Assembly: GCA_028023455.1 (NCBI GenBank)
Contig: JAQFVV010000005.1
Span: 12,090,001 to 12,154,000 of the forward strand
Reading direction: 5' to 3'
Length of the DNA: 64,000 nt
Source of the DNA: Epiperipatus broadwayi
Taxonomy: Eukaryota > Animalia > Onychophora
The position numbers and the translations under genes are program-made. The notes beneath the pieces are model-generated. The model searched no databases. It was given only the letters and a program-made list of their open reading frames with translations, and was not told where the DNA came from. Positions 63,951-64,000 of this stretch are shown here, in pieces (the stretch's first letter is position 1; the number at the start of each line of letters is the position of its first letter).

Positions 63951-64000
63951 GCGGGTATTTATAATTGATTCTTTACGACACAGTAAAAAATGATGACAAT

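Overview
Very AT-rich (roughly a quarter GC by eye), repeat-dense eukaryotic DNA, probably from an invertebrate; the taxon cannot be determined from the sequence. The only clearly intact coding regions are two paralogous tandem C2H2 zinc-finger ORFs in divergent orientation (2985-4661 minus; 59268-61247 plus). The ~54 kb between them holds decayed elements: a Penelope-like element (RT plus GIY-YIG), several LINE fragments (RTE-like and another clade with an (ACATC)n tail), a Tigger/pogo remnant, a hAT derivative and a 2.08 kb solo LTR. The most notable signal is a set of non-coding repeat families (here R1, R1b, R2, R3, plus weaker cases) carrying minimal type I hammerhead ribozyme motifs with palindromic stem III. 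They occur as ~460-470 nt tandem monomers and as tail-out inverted pairs. Four of these insertions are bounded by 13-17 bp target-site duplications, and one shows evidence of a concatemeric or circular RNA template. This fits non-LTR retrozyme or Penelope-dependent elements. All motifs were read by eye; activity, expression and novelty are untested.
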